Shown: in pieces, positions 47,503 to 60,170 of the stretch
How positions within the stretch are numbered: position 1 is the stretch's first letter
Layout: each line of letters begins with the position of its first letter
Origin: Gekko japonicus
Taxonomy: Eukaryota
Assembly: GCF_001447785.1 (NCBI RefSeq)
Contig: NW_015170311.1
Location: 380,400 to 444,399 of the forward strand
Length of the DNA: 64,000 nucleotides
Direction of reading: 5' to 3'
Position numbers and translations under genes: made by a program
The notes under the pieces: model-generated
What the model was told of the DNA's origin: nothing
Seen by the model: only the letters and a program-made list of their open reading frames with translations
Database searches by the model: none

Positions 47503-47838
47503 CAGAGGTCATTTCGGGGGGGATCGCGGGGGAACACAGTTCCCCCGGGTGAGGGGCGGGGGGCACACGACGAAGCCCCGCCCCCTGCTTCCAGCCGCCC
47601 CGCTTCCGGCCCTCATTCAGCCAGGAGGAGGCAGGAGAAGAGGGAGGGTAAGTTGCTTCCTCCCCGCCTCTCCCCACCCCTGCCTGCCTGGGGCCAGGGA
47701 GGGCCTTGGCGGGGCTTCCTCGCACTCCCGCTGGCCTTGCAGGTCCACCGCCGGGCCCCTGATGTCAGGGGGTGTGGCATATGCTAATGAGTTATGCTAA
47801 TGAGTTCCCCTAGCTCTTTTTCTACGAAATGACTCCTG
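47503..47838. mobile_element. GC-rich hAT-type MITE (CAG[A/G]GGTCATTTCG TIR)
   Basis: TIRs CAGAGGTCATTTCG and CGAAATGACTCCTG. Perfect TSD AGTAAATA. A homologue lies at 56181-56533 in the opposite orientation. Confidence 0.9.
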
Positions 47839-47986
47839 AGTAAATAAAATTGATGGTGTAAGTAGCCTGCCTACAAAGGGGGTTAGAATTCTTATGCATC
47901 CTTTCTCTCCCTTACCCATGGATTTCATGTTTAATGTAGGAGGGAGGGTTTTCCTGTCTGCATGTCACTGTGACCATAAGCAGATC

Positions 47987-47997
47987 NNNNNNNNNNN
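47987..47997. other. Assembly gap
   Basis: N run. Confidence 1.
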
Positions 47998-50739
47998 AAA
48001 GCTTCTGACTCAGATATAAAAATTGGCCTTTTCCTCTAGTTAATTGTTGCATTTCATCTGTGAGTATGCTATGATAGGTTTAATGTTCCTCAAAGGATTT
48101 CCCCCCCTAAGGAAGCTTAATGAACTGTTCCTTGACAGGCTTACTCTTCCTGGAAGACCTTTAAAGAATGCAGCAGAACAGCTCTAATCCCTGTACTCTC
48201 ATTCCCAGAGCATATCATGAGAGACAAATTCCAGCCATTTGCTGCCATTCTTGGAGAAATATTCATGCCACCCAAAGAGAGGCTAAGATATGAGGCCTCT
48301 GTCATTCAGACAGAAACAACAAGGCATAGGGGGGGAAATCCCAAGCATTCTCAAGAACTCCTACCTCTAAAAAAAATCGAATTAACTAGGTAATCCAAAA
48401 TTTCTCTTTCACTTCAACTAGAAACAGTATATCACGGGGCCAGCTTTTACTTTTTGAGACAGTTTACAACTGTGCTATATTAGAATGTTCAAAATTAGGA
48501 GATGGTCCAAAATTTGCATAGCTAGAGATGACACAGAGCCTTGTGGGGGGGGTTTTAACCCACAACAGTTTCTACTGTCTAGTAAAACACACAAAAAGCA
48601 CCCCCCTCAAGAAATACATTTTACAGCTCAAAATTTTAATTTACCACAACAGAAAGTAAAATTTACATATTGAGATTAGTTTGTTTTAAGAGGCCTTACG
48701 ATCTAGCATGCAGTGAGAGGGGGGTTAATATTTGTATGCTGAAACATTAAAATGTTAGTTCAGTTTTTGTTGCTTTGTCTCCAGGGGGTTGGGTACCCCA
48801 GTCCTTTCAGAAAACCAGAGAGAATGCAACTGAGTTAAGTGCTCCTGTTTGAAGGTGAAAGAGAGGAGGGGGTTCCCTTTGACCACAGTTACACTGTGGA
48901 ATGGGGATTATAGTAAACAGAGGAATTAGATGAGACTGATAGGAGGAAACTGGCTGGCTCTAACTCAAATTTTCCTGCTGTTCTTTTTCTGAATATTACT
49001 ATAGTTTTAATGGAATTCTATGAGGCGTTACTCCAGTTTAACCCCATTGATCTCTATAGGATCAGACTGAAGTAATTCTGAATAGGGTTGCACTAAAAAC
49101 CAGATTATCATCAACTCGGACAAATAAAATGTTATAATTGCTCTTGGCATTAAAGTATGATGAAAAACAGAGTCCAAAAGCTCATTTCAGGCGCTTTACT
49201 TAAACTATTTAGTCAACAAAATGAACCAACTCAGTTACTTTTTGCTTCTCATCCAAATATGTAAAGACTTCTCAAGTCTTGGATCACTGGATATCGTCTG
49301 ATGCCCATTTTCAGGGCTCACTAATTTAAGCATACTTGCTATTCTTACTATGTTTCCAGTTCCCTTTGCTTAATTTCAGTAAGTAACATTTGTCATTTAT
49401 ATTTGTTAACCAAGTGCACAAATATGCAACTTTGTATTTGTTCTCTTATACCATAAAATTCAAGCAACTGTTATACTGACAAGACTAGAATATTAATGTC
49501 TTATTTGCAGAACGTGAATCCACATGTAAAATAAACGTTCTTATAGAATCATTTCCACTCACCAAGTACCAGCAAAAAGTAAATATTCTATGTAAATTAT
49601 ATCCCATTTTAGATAATAGTGCTTATTTAAACAATTATATCCATTGGGTGCTCAATTACTGTGCCATGTGCCAGGAACAGATAAGCTTTTTTTAAAGTCA
49701 TTTCTGTTGACCAAGATTGAAAACCAGCCCTTCTCTCAATGACTCATATTTAAAATATGTCACACTTGTGAAGTATACTTTTCCATACACACACAAACAG
49801 CATACAAGCATGAGATAAAAATCAGATCTGTCATATAGTAATTTCAAATTGTATCAAAAAAAGCTAATTAACATAATGAGTTCAGAAAGCTACCCTGAGC
49901 AAATGTAACCATTCAAGCATTCATCATCCTTGGATGTCAGCTCCTTTATGCAAAATTTAAAATTTCTATCATAAGCAGTACCATATTTTGAGAGAACCTA
50001 CCATATAAACATTATGTCTTTCACATGGCCCTAATTTTTAATGATTAAAATATAGTATTTCTGATCCAGAGAGAGCCCTCTGCAGTTGTTTCCTGCAGTC
50101 TGACCAACTAGGCACTATTCAAACACAGCTATTATCACTCGAAAGTCCCTCGCCCTTCCATTGTTTCAAACAAGCATACATTTCCTTTACTAGCATGTTC
50201 CAGCCTGAGTCATCAAGAAAAAAAGAAACTTGGGGGCAAAATACCCTCTATAACAGTACAGGTACTTCCCTGTGGGAAGCAAGCAGGAAAAGGCTTAAGA
50301 AAATATGTCAAAAGGGTAGTATAAAGCATCGTGCTATGTAACAATACCTCATTTGCATGCATACTTAAGTTCATCCCTAACCTTGGCTTTAGTTTATAAA
50401 GCAACAATTCACTTGAATATTTTATGTACTGGTGATTGTTACACTGCTTGACTTGGCAAATAATCCTTTTGCATGCATTTCAACTGTGATAAAGGCTAAT
50501 CACTGTTCATTTTGTGAAAATATTGTACGGAGATCAGACTGCCATAACCAAGAAGAAAAACACAACCATAAACCTGTTATCCAGACAATTATAACATGCA
50601 ATAAAACTGTGGTATTGCATTGCCCAGGATCTGAACCAGGAGCCTCATGGTACCCCTTACAGTGAATAGACAACAAGGGTAATATTGGCCTCCTAGAAAG
50701 ACTCCAACCTTGCCTTCAGCCATACTTGCACACACAATA

Positions 50740-50963
50740 ATTTTTATATACTCTGTTTTTGTCTCCAGTGGAAACCAAAACAGCTTATAAACATCTTTCT
50801 CCCCCTCCCCCACTTCATTTCATCACAACCACCACTCTGTGAGGTAGGTTAGACTGAGAGAGACTGACTGGCCCAAGGTCACCCAGTTCGTTCCCATGGA
50901 AGAGTAAGTAACTGAACTTGGATCTTCCTAGTCTGCCATTCTAATCATTACATGATACTGGCT
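50740..50963 (-). mobile_element. CORE/MIR-like SINE
   Basis: CTGTGAGGTAGGTTAGACTGAGAGAGACTGACTGGCCCAAGGTCACCCAG core. Confidence 0.75.
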
Positions 50964-52025
50964 GTTTTAGGTCAAGCCTGTCTCTTCCTGGACAACAGCC
51001 AGACTCTGGCCTTGCCTGTGTGATTACATATCCTTATTTGGGATGTTGGTCCATATTCCTCCCTCTAGACTTCTTGCTTCCCTCTTTGCACAAGAGCTTC
51101 CCCTACTGACCAGCATCAGTTGCCTTACTTGCATTCTCATTCTAGCCCGTTCTTTAGTTAGGCTTTTGGACTTCAACACTGGCCTGCACTTGACTCTGCC
51201 TCTGGACTCACCCCTCCTGGAGATTGGCGTCAAATTTTTCACAAGTCCCAATTTGGATGTGACTTTTATCATCAGCACTCCACATCCTTCACTGCCTATA
51301 GCACAATACTGACACATAATTCCGGTCCACAGTATATACGATTTAGCATAAATTTCCAGTTTATTTCTTGTTGGCTGTGGGCATTATTGGAGCTGCACAT
51401 ACCATCCTCTATTTTAAAAAAATGATTTTCAGTTACTTCAGTACTTAGGATTTTAACACATGACAAAGTCCTTGAAGTACCCTTTTCAGGATCTCCTCAG
51501 CCAATGTTAATAATGTGTAAGAGGAGGACAATGTCTCTCATAGACTGAGGTATAATTATATTCCCTCGATTATATGGAAGTTAGCCATAGTGATATCCTT
51601 CTTCTGTTAGCAGTGGTGGTAAATTTAAACCCATACCATTTTTTAATTATGGTTAATTGGTCTGATATGGTGGGTAGTGATTCAAATCACTTCACAGACA
51701 TCAAGGAGAGACATCAAGATTCAAATCACTACACAGACAAAAAGCCCATTGGGTGATTTTGGGTTAGTCACCATCTCTCATCCTAGTTAAAGGAGCGAAC
51801 CATGTATGCTGCCCTGAGCTCTGGAGAATGAAGGACAGGATCAAAATATGAGAGACGGTGAGAGACAGAGAGAACAAATTCCACCTATTGTTCAATAATA
51901 TTGTTAACTATTGTACTATGTCACCAAGCACGCAAGATAACAATATACCAATACATCCAGCCTCTTACAAAAAGTCAAATAATTAACTTTTCAATAAAAT
52001 CAATCAGATCATGTGAAAACCTTAC

Positions 52026-52092
52026 CGCAGAAGTTAGACGAGCAAGAATTTCAGCATTGGTCTCAGTTGTGTCTTCTATTTTCTGATTGTTC
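52026..52092 (-). CDS. RAPGEF5: RAPGEF5 internal coding exon
   Basis: 67 nt, phase 2/0, AAG|..|GTAAG. Encodes NNQKIEDTTETNAEILARLTSA (human SHQKIEDSEESSDEILVRLTSA). Confidence 0.92.
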
Positions 52093-53112
52093 CTTTTTAA
52101 AAGGGGAAGAGAAAGATGTTAAACTGTACACAGAATGCATACATTCATCTGATGACAACTGCTCTTAGCTTGATGCACATAAAGAAAGAATCAAACATAT
52201 TTGGTGCAGGGAGCCATTATGAAGCAAATAAATATTATATAACAAACTGTCTCTAAATCTTTTTTATAAATCCAAGGATATTCTATACAGACATGCCCAA
52301 ATTAAAACAGTAGCATGCTGTTGAAACCAAAAGGTGCAAAATTGAAGCTTCTATTGCCTTTCAACCTTCTTTTCAGTAGCATATACTAAAACTGATGATG
52401 AATTATTCCACAACGGATTTGGAAAGATCATTGAAATCAGCCTTTCCTCATTACCTTAGGATTTCCAGACCCAGATCTAAGAAAGGCATCCTGCTTGTTA
52501 AAGAGTTACACAGGACCTAGAACGTCTTCCACCCAGACACCTTATACAAGTAAAAGAAGCTGTTCTACAGGTAAGCCTGTCATCCCCTATGCATCCTTGC
52601 TCTATAGTCCCCCTAAGCTTCCCTTGCCACACACTCCTGTCTCACAAAGGACTGACACTGACATTTCCTTACTTCCCCAGTCCCCACCTTTCTTTTCTCC
52701 CTACCATCTTCAACTGTATGACTCCTTCACCATGGTGATGACAGAAGTGCTGTCAGAATATAGCCTTACAAAAGCAAAATTCTAAGTATTTGTAAGTATC
52801 TGTTTCCCCAAGTGCTGCTAGAATACAGTGATATCACACTAGCACCACCCACAATGAGGTTATGAAATCATCTGATGACCTGTGGCTATTCTATTGCAAC
52901 CATTATGATCTACAAAATTTATTACTACAGCTAACACCATTCAGGGACTGCTAGCTTTATGTGGATAAAAACAAGAATGTTATTCAGATATTATTGTCAT
53001 GAGGCAATAATCCTACATCATAAAATGCACGAACAAAAGGAAAGAGGATAGGTACATAATCCATTCAGCTGCACAGTATTCATCAAGAACAGTTACAAGA
53101 AGGTATACTTAC

Positions 53113-53281
53113 AGATTGCATGCACTAATCCTCGGAGGAATCACAGGCACTAATTGCAATAAAAGTTTAACACCATTTTTCCATCCTTCATCTCGTTCAT
53201 ATTCACAGAAAAGATATGTACACTCATCAGCAGAGAACTGGTAGAAAGCATAGTTATCTTGAAAACAGATCTGTCTGTCCA
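53113..53281 (-). CDS. RAPGEF5: RAPGEF5 internal coding exon (end of DEP domain)
   Basis: 169 nt, phase 1/2, CAG|..|GTAAGT. Encodes VDRQICFQDNYAFYQFSADECTYLFCEYERDEGWKNGVKLLLQLVPVIPPRISACNL. Confidence 0.95.
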
Positions 53282-53691
53282 CTGTTGGGGGGGGGAGAGA
53301 TAAATTCAATATTAGAAAGTTTCTTCCAGCAACTTGCCACAAAACAAGAATCACCAGCAAAATGTTAAATGAATTCTTGGACATTCATCCTCTAGTTTGA
53401 TTTAGTCATTATTAAGGGCATGTTTATACATGCAATGAATCGACATGGTTAGAACTGACCGAGAAACCATATTTCAAAAACCAGTTTTCCAATGGCAGGC
53501 CACTTTTGTAAGCAGCTAGTGTGATGTAAAGGTGTACAGGAATCACATTATAGGCAGTGGCAGACACACAAAAAATGCCGCAAATGTAAATCCCAGAAAC
53601 TGAAGCATATGCAGAAGTGACATGAGCCCTTAAGGAATAGGGGTGGGCACAGTCATAGCAATGAAAAAGAGAATCTTAAACACATTGTGAG

Positions 53692-53897
53692 CAGTGTTCC
53701 CTCTAAGCTGAGTTAGTGTGAGCTAGCTCACATTTGTTTAGCCTCTGGCTCACACATTTTTGTCTTAGCTCAGGAAGGATGGCTACAGAGCAAACTAATT
53801 TATGCAGTAGCCAAATTGCTTGCTCACAATTTTAATGCCAGTAGCTCACAAAGTAGAATTTCTGCTCACAAGACTCAACAGCTTAGAGGGAACATTG
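53692..53897. mobile_element. hAT-type MITE, 206 bp (CAGTGTTCCC TIR)
   Basis: Same family and length as 20334-20539. Perfect TSD ATTGTGAG. Confidence 0.92.
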
Positions 53898-54423
53898 ATT
53901 GTGAGAAGCCTGAAGACTACACATGTGATAGGAAGGAAAGGTTCCATAATGTTCTTGGTGAAAGCAGGCTATGAAATTCAGAAAAACATAAGAAGGATGA
54001 GCATTTCTTATCAAAAAAGGTACTGGGGCAGGACTATTTGACTATAGCCAGGATATGGGCGGAGATCAAAATATCAGGCTCACAGTTCTGTGGACTCTGT
54101 TAATGACTGACAAGAAAGAGTAAGGTAAAGCATTTTCCTTTACAAAAGCCATCCTTCAGTATGTGTATCAGAACACCCTCTCTACACATTCTCTATAAAT
54201 ACTATCAGCTGCATCAGAATATTATTAGTATTCAGGATATGAAAGATAACAAATGAAAAATAAGTGTATCCCATAAGTGGGATATCAGGAGTAAATTTTT
54301 AGAAAGGGTATCTACCTTTTCCCATATTCCTCTGTGAGCATCATAAATCTAATGCCTAGAAAAGCATGAGCATGGCAAATGAAACTTTCTTTTAACCTAT
54401 TAGGCTGATTTTGTAAAACTGAC

Positions 54424-54545
54424 CTGATAACATAATTCCCATGTTCAATAGGAGCTGCCAGACACCAGCTGCTGTAGACCTGCTCTTAATGAAAGGGCAG
54501 TACGTTAAGAGCCAGTCTATGAGTTCGGATCCACTGCAACTTCTC
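54424..54545 (-). CDS. RAPGEF5: RAPGEF5 internal coding exon (DEP domain)
   Basis: 122 nt, phase 2/1, TAG|..|GTCAGT. Encodes RSCSGSELIDWLLTYCPFIKSRSTAAGVWQLLLNMGIMLS, with the DEP signature GSELxDWL. Confidence 0.95.
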
Positions 54546-55309
54546 CTAAGCAAAGACAATAAGATTGTAAGTCTACATTCTAAAGAACACATATACGATC
54601 AAGCTCCACCACACTCCACAGGACTGACTGCAGAATTTATGTGCCACATGAAGCAATGTTTAAAGAACAATATCTACAGTTAATGGAAAACATGGAGCCC
54701 AATAATAATCTTCGCCTTGGAGGAAAATTATGAAGCACATAAGTTTAGTAGTACATGAGCATTTTTAAATCATATCTGTACCCCACCTCTCCTTCAAGAA
54801 TTTCAGGAGACACATAGAGATATCCTCCTCTATTTCTTATAAATACCTTGTGACACAAGTTAGACTCAGTAAATTACTGAGTAAATTACCAAGCCATAGA
54901 GATACTGTTTTACTTTCCATGCATAGTGGTAGGACCAGAAGGAAAAGAAAGCACAGGATTATCTAATATACGATGCACATCCTTTCCTAGCACATGCCAC
55001 TAAATCTCACACTAGTGTTAAAAGAACAAGACTTCAGTTCATCAGTTTACACAAAGCCTTTCATCCATTCTCTGTCTTCACACTCCCTCTCATTTTTTCA
55101 AGACTTGGCAAGTTATTTCTTCAAGGTAGATTTTTATTAGCCTTTCAAAACAGGCTTATACAGGTGATTTGATTTATTCATAAGTAAGTTGAGACTTCCT
55201 TCATCTTCTCCAAGTCATTTAGTTCCCCCCATCCCAGCTTTGGAATTTGGCTGTCTTATTAACCACTAGTGCTGACATTCATGTGAAAAATAGGAAGCTG
55301 GGTTTGGTA

Positions 55310-56140
55310 TTTATTTTTTATTTATTGAATTTGATTTTAGACCTCCCTCCCCTGGAGGGACCATGCTCAAGGTGGTGTACAACCTGATATCATATAAACA
55401 TTGTTAAAAACTAATTAAAACCAATAAAACATAGCAGTTCCAAAAGATGGCATTAAAATTTCCTGATGGTGTCACTGGCATGGGGGGGCAAGGGGTGGGA
55501 GTGCCAGAAGATGGAATCATCGGTGTCCTCAACCAAATGCCTGGGGGAACATCTCTGCCTTACAGGCCCTGCAGAACTGTATCAGGTCCCACAGAGCATG
55601 GATGTTATTCAACAGAGAGTTCCACCAGGTAGAACTTAAATACCTTGAGGACAACTGGATATCTCTCGGGCTGGGGACCACCAGCAGATTTTGATTTATT
55701 CAGTGTACTGCTCTCCTGGGGGTATACCAGGAGAGGCAGTCCTGAAGATATGTGGGTCCTGGACCGTTAAGGACCTTGAAGGTCAGTACCAGATCCTTGA
55801 ACTTGATCTGGTACTCCACTGGAAGCCAGTGCAGCACAGGGTGGATGTGTGCTGTACACGGAGCCCCTGTGAGGACCCACGCAGCCGCATTTTCTGGGTC
55901 AACCTCAAAGGTAGGCCCACATACAGCAAGTTACAGTAATCCAGCCTGGAGGTGATCATTGCGTGGATTACTACAACTAGATTGGGGCGAGATAGGTGTG
56001 AGGCCAGTTGCCTGAGCTGGCGCAGTTGGAAGAATGCCAGTCTGGCAACATTTGTGACCTGGGCCTCCATTTTTAAGGAGGTATCCAGGATCACACTCAG
56101 GCTCTTGATACTGAAAAACAGTCACAAGGGCACACTGTCA
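55310..56140 (-). mobile_element. L2 LINE 3' portion, decayed
   Basis: ORF 55783-56094 encodes MEAQVTNVARLAFFQLRQLRQL...HAMITSRLDYCNLLYVGLP. A/T tail near 55310. Confidence 0.85.
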
Positions 56141-56180
56141 AGAGCTGGGAGTTAGCACTACAAACCGCGTTCCCTTTAAA

Positions 56181-56533
56181 CAGGGGTCACTTCGTAGAAA
56201 AAGAGCCACACACCCCACCCCAAAGGTCCTGGCCGCCACCGCCGGCCTTGCAGCTCCACTGCCGAGCCCCATGAGGGGCCCGGCGGTGGACCTGAAAGCC
56301 CGGCGGGAGTGCAAGGAAGCCCCACGAAGGCCCTCCCTGGCCCCAGGCAGGCAGGGGTGGGGAGAGGCAGGGAGGAAGCAACTTACCCTCCCTCTTCTCC
56401 TGCCTCCTCCTGGCTGAATGAGGGCCGGACGCGGGGCGGCCGGAAGCAGGGGGCGGGGCTTCGTCATGTGCCCCCCCCCGTACCTCACCCGGGGGAACTG
56501 CGTTCCCCTGCGTTCCCCCCGAAATGACCTCTG
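56181..56533. mobile_element. GC-rich hAT-type MITE nested in an older DNA-transposon-like repeat (about 56140-56895)
   Basis: TIRs CAGGGGTCACTTCG and CGAAATGACCTCTG. TSD CCTTTAAA / TCTTTAAA. Interior matches 47503-47838. Confidence 0.85.
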
Positions 56534-58150
56534 TCTTTAAATACATTTTCCCCCTTCCACTAAAACCAATGGAGGATGTGGGCACCTTCTTTGGGGGCCC
56601 ATAGAATTGGACCCCTGGTCCAAAATTTTTGAAACTTGGAGGGGGGGTTAGGAGAGGCACCAGCAGCTATGCTGAAAATTTGGTACCTCCCTAGACCCCT
56701 GAGTTCCCCATTATATATTAAGGGGGCCATGGGCTATAATGGTCCCCATAGGGTTTAATGGAACTGAAAAAAATCAGGATTTCTGAAAAATTCTGAATCT
56801 TAATACCAAGCCAGTACTGGGATTTGGGAGTATCAGATAATGCCAATATTTGGGGGGTTCCATGTACCTGAACCCAATTTTTTGCACACCCCTAATAGGA
56901 AGAGCACACACCTCACTAGCATGCTAAAAGTATCGGACATTTCCAGAATCAGCAACCCAGCTTCTGAAAGACTGTACATTAGATGGATCACTAATATTAA
57001 TTTGAATTCTTTTAAGAAAAGACAATTTCTTATTTGAAACAGGAACTAAGAGGATGATTTCAAAAATAAGGTTTGGAGATATGCTATACAAAAATCATAT
57101 TAAAATAAAATACTAAATTTTGCTTGCTTTCATTAGCAAAGCTAACAGACTAGTCTTTGCTTTGAATTCATCAGTATTTCAAGGTGGTTATTTAGCAAAT
57201 TTGTCTTTCATTTTAGTAAGATTTGCTGTGTTTTTCTGCAGAGCTCACAAATAACATCAATTTACAGTTTGACAGAATAATAATCTGAATCCTATTTTAA
57301 ATCCAATAGTTCATATAGATGAACATTTCTAAAAGTCTAGCAACTATTTTGAGGGGAGAAAGACCAATTATACATGGTTAGCCAATTTTTAACTTTGTTC
57401 TCATACTCTCTAAAATATTATTAGAATTGCACAGCAGCTCCCTCATATCAAATGTTATGAATCAATATAATTTTGTTTGCATTTATACAAGAAAATGTAC
57501 CACTGTTCAAATCAGAATCACTGCTATGCTGCCTCCCTGAGGGCAGATTTTTATGACAATTTTTTTTCATTTGAAGATTGCTGTTATGAATTAAGAGATA
57601 CTTGGCATCTTAATACAGGTCACTTATCAAATGACTACCTAGCTCAGCTTGGCACTCGACTCCCCTCCCATTACAGGTGTTCACTATCTTAGCAAAACTA
57701 AGGAGCAGGCTCTCTGCTTTTCTTGATTAGATTTGAATTTGGCATAATTATATTCCATGGACCCTTATGTCTGTTGCATTTTTTTCATACCGCCTACATA
57801 AAAGTTCTGCCTAAGGAACAGCCACTCATTGCATAAGAAGAACTGGTTTCTATCCACAAAAACGTATGGAATAAAATGGTGTGTGTGTTTTTAAGGTGCT
57901 ACCAGACTCATATTTATTTTTGCTGCAACCAACTATTACAGCTACCTCTCTGGAATTATTGTCAAGGATAACCCCCTTCATACACTGGCATGCAGACAAC
58001 AGCTCAGGAAGAAAGTAGGATAAAGTAGGATCATCTGTCCACTGGGCCATAACATTAGCACCATGGCTCACTTAGCCTGCAGATCCAAGGGAGAAAAGAA
58101 CAGCAAGAAGAATGCCATGTTTTGTTAAAACAAAAGGTAAACATAGGTAC

Positions 58151-58257
58151 CTGCTAAGTCCCACCAAGGACATTCTATCTTTCATCATATCGGAAGCTTG
58201 TAGAATGAAAACATTTCTGAGAGCTCTCCCAGCACATACGGCATCTTCACTGTAAAC
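58151..58257 (-). CDS. RAPGEF5: RAPGEF5 internal coding exon (start of DEP region)
   Basis: 107 nt, phase 0/2, CAG|..|GTAC. Encodes VYSEDAVCAGRALRNVFILQASDMMKDRMSLVGLS(R); human is IYGENSSCAGRALRNIIIVQAADLIKDR. Confidence 0.92.
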
Positions 58258-58463
58258 CTGAATGAGAAGATAAATTGAGCATACAATTATGTGAGCCTAC
58301 AAGAGTACAGCATTTAAAAAGCTCTCTAGAAGTTACAGAACACGTTTATCAAGTACAAGCATGAATTCACTGAGCGTTTTGCATGTATATTCAATATTCC
58401 TTAGCAATATTAAAGCATGTTTACATTAGAAAACTTTAGCATTTAATGAGGTTTAAGAAATAC

Positions 58464-58514
58464 CTTGCTGGAAGGATTCTCCAGATATGGATTTGAAATC
58501 CTTCTGGATATAAT
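58464..58514 (-). CDS. RAPGEF5: RAPGEF5 internal coding exon
   Basis: 51 nt, phase 0/0, TTGCAG|..|GTAT. Encodes IISRRISNPYLENPSSK (human TLSRRISNPYLEHTPSQ). Confidence 0.92.
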
Positions 58515-58868
58515 CTGCAAGAGAAATATCTTGTGAGTAATATTTAGCAAATATATAAAACATAACGAATAAATTTGCAATTAATGTACAATAATGAAAC
58601 CTTGAAAAGCACTTGGAACAAATTTCTAATTATTAAAAAGATACTGAGGCACTTGGAGGAGCTAGTTTCATTTCTACCATTAAAGGGGGGAGGGGAGAGG
58701 GAGAGGGAAAGAAGCAACTGCAGGGCAACCTTCCTAGCACCCATACTTTTCACCCATGGAGGGGGAAAGTATCAGGTAAACTCCCAAGTCTAAATCAGAA
58801 TGTCTTCCTGCTTTCACTTTCTTTTGCTGGATCCCAGATCAGAATAGTAGGCTGTACTGTTCTATTAC

Positions 58869-59078
58869 TAGGGTTGCCAAATCGGGCCGGGGGGCGGGGA
58901 ACCCCCCGCTTCCGCGGCCCGATTTCCGGCGCAGGGGAATTTCGGAGCCACGCCCCCAACGTCAGCACGTCGTCCTTCACTTCCGGCGACGTGCTACCGG
59001 CGCGCGCGCACGTCCACCCGACTCCTGGACCGCGGCGATGCTCCCCCGCCGCGGGGGGAAGAAGATTTGGCAACCCTA
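58869..59078. mobile_element. Very young CpG-rich hAT-type MITE
   Basis: Perfect 15-bp TIR TAGGGTTGCCAAATC, perfect TSD TCTATTAC, and many intact CpGs. Confidence 0.92.
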
Positions 59079-60170
59079 TCTATTACTCTGTGTTGGTACT
59101 TAAGAAAGCTTTGGCTTGACAAAAAAAACCTGAGACTGTGAGTCAAAACACATTCTCCAAAATGGGATCATATGAACAAGTGTGCAAAGAATCACCTGCT
59201 TCCCCCCAGGATCCCCTTTGCCAAATGAAGAACCCAAGGAGAGCAGGGTGGGAGGAGGAGATGGAGAGTACCATCCACTCACTGCAGGATTCCTGCAGAG
59301 GGTCTGGTGCTGCCAGGCTCACTGTCCCCACTGCTGCCTGTGTGCAAGGAGAGCCTGCAGTTAAGGGGCAGCTGCCACTCCTGCTGGAAAGCTCACTCGC
59401 TAAGCGCATGAGTTGCTCTCCCGCAGAAATGCATCTTTCCTACTCCTCACTTGCCCCCAGTGAGTATGTGAATGCCAGTTTTGCACATGCCCATTCAAGA
59501 CAAGGATGCTGCCATGGTACCTTTACCTAAAATTCAGCCACTTTGCAGGAAAATGTGCAGAGAAGCATGCTCCAGTCACCTTCCATGCATACCTCTGACT
59601 CTCTTCCGGGGAAGGGCCTCTTCAGGCCACCATGGATTGCCATGTCTAGGGCAGGGAAAGGATGACAGAGAACTAAAGCGGGCCAAGCCCAAGCACTCAC
59701 AGGTCGCTGCAGGCCTTGCCATGACAAGACACTCCTTCTGGCTGCCCCGGTCTTGCAAAGCACACAGATGAGTGGAGCTGCCAATCATTACCAGGGACAA
59801 ACCCTGCTGAAGGTCATCTCTCCCCCTGCCCCAATGCACCCCGATCCCCTTCCTTCAGAGCCTGCCAGTGGAGACCAGCAAGTGCACAATACAGTGTGAC
59901 AAGGAGACTACTCCTTCTGGCCCACCTCACTTGCATCTGGACTGAGTCCAACCCTTTCACCCTCCAGCCCTCCCTGCCCCCTGGCTATCACTCGGCTCAC
60001 CAGAAGACTGGGAAGGAGAGAGGCGAGGTCACTGCCTTCGCCTGCCCCATGCCTGGCTCACCTGCCACCTGCTAGTCACCCTGTGCTCAGAAAAGAATCT
60101 GTGTACTAAGAGGCCAAAAGTTGTGGGCGAGCACAGGCCAGCACATGTTAAAGGGAACACTGGTGGTTAG

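Noticed and set aside
50968-51317. Overlapping ORFs at 51024-51317; possible LTR fragment
   Set aside because: No partner LTR, TG..CA boundaries or TSD identified, and no protein motif.
57944-58077. Cryptic exon behind a strong pyrimidine tract about 73 nt after the 58151 donor
   Set aside because: In the RAPGEF5 frame it hits TAA after five full codons and the donor is weak. It could be a poison exon, but there is no supporting evidence.
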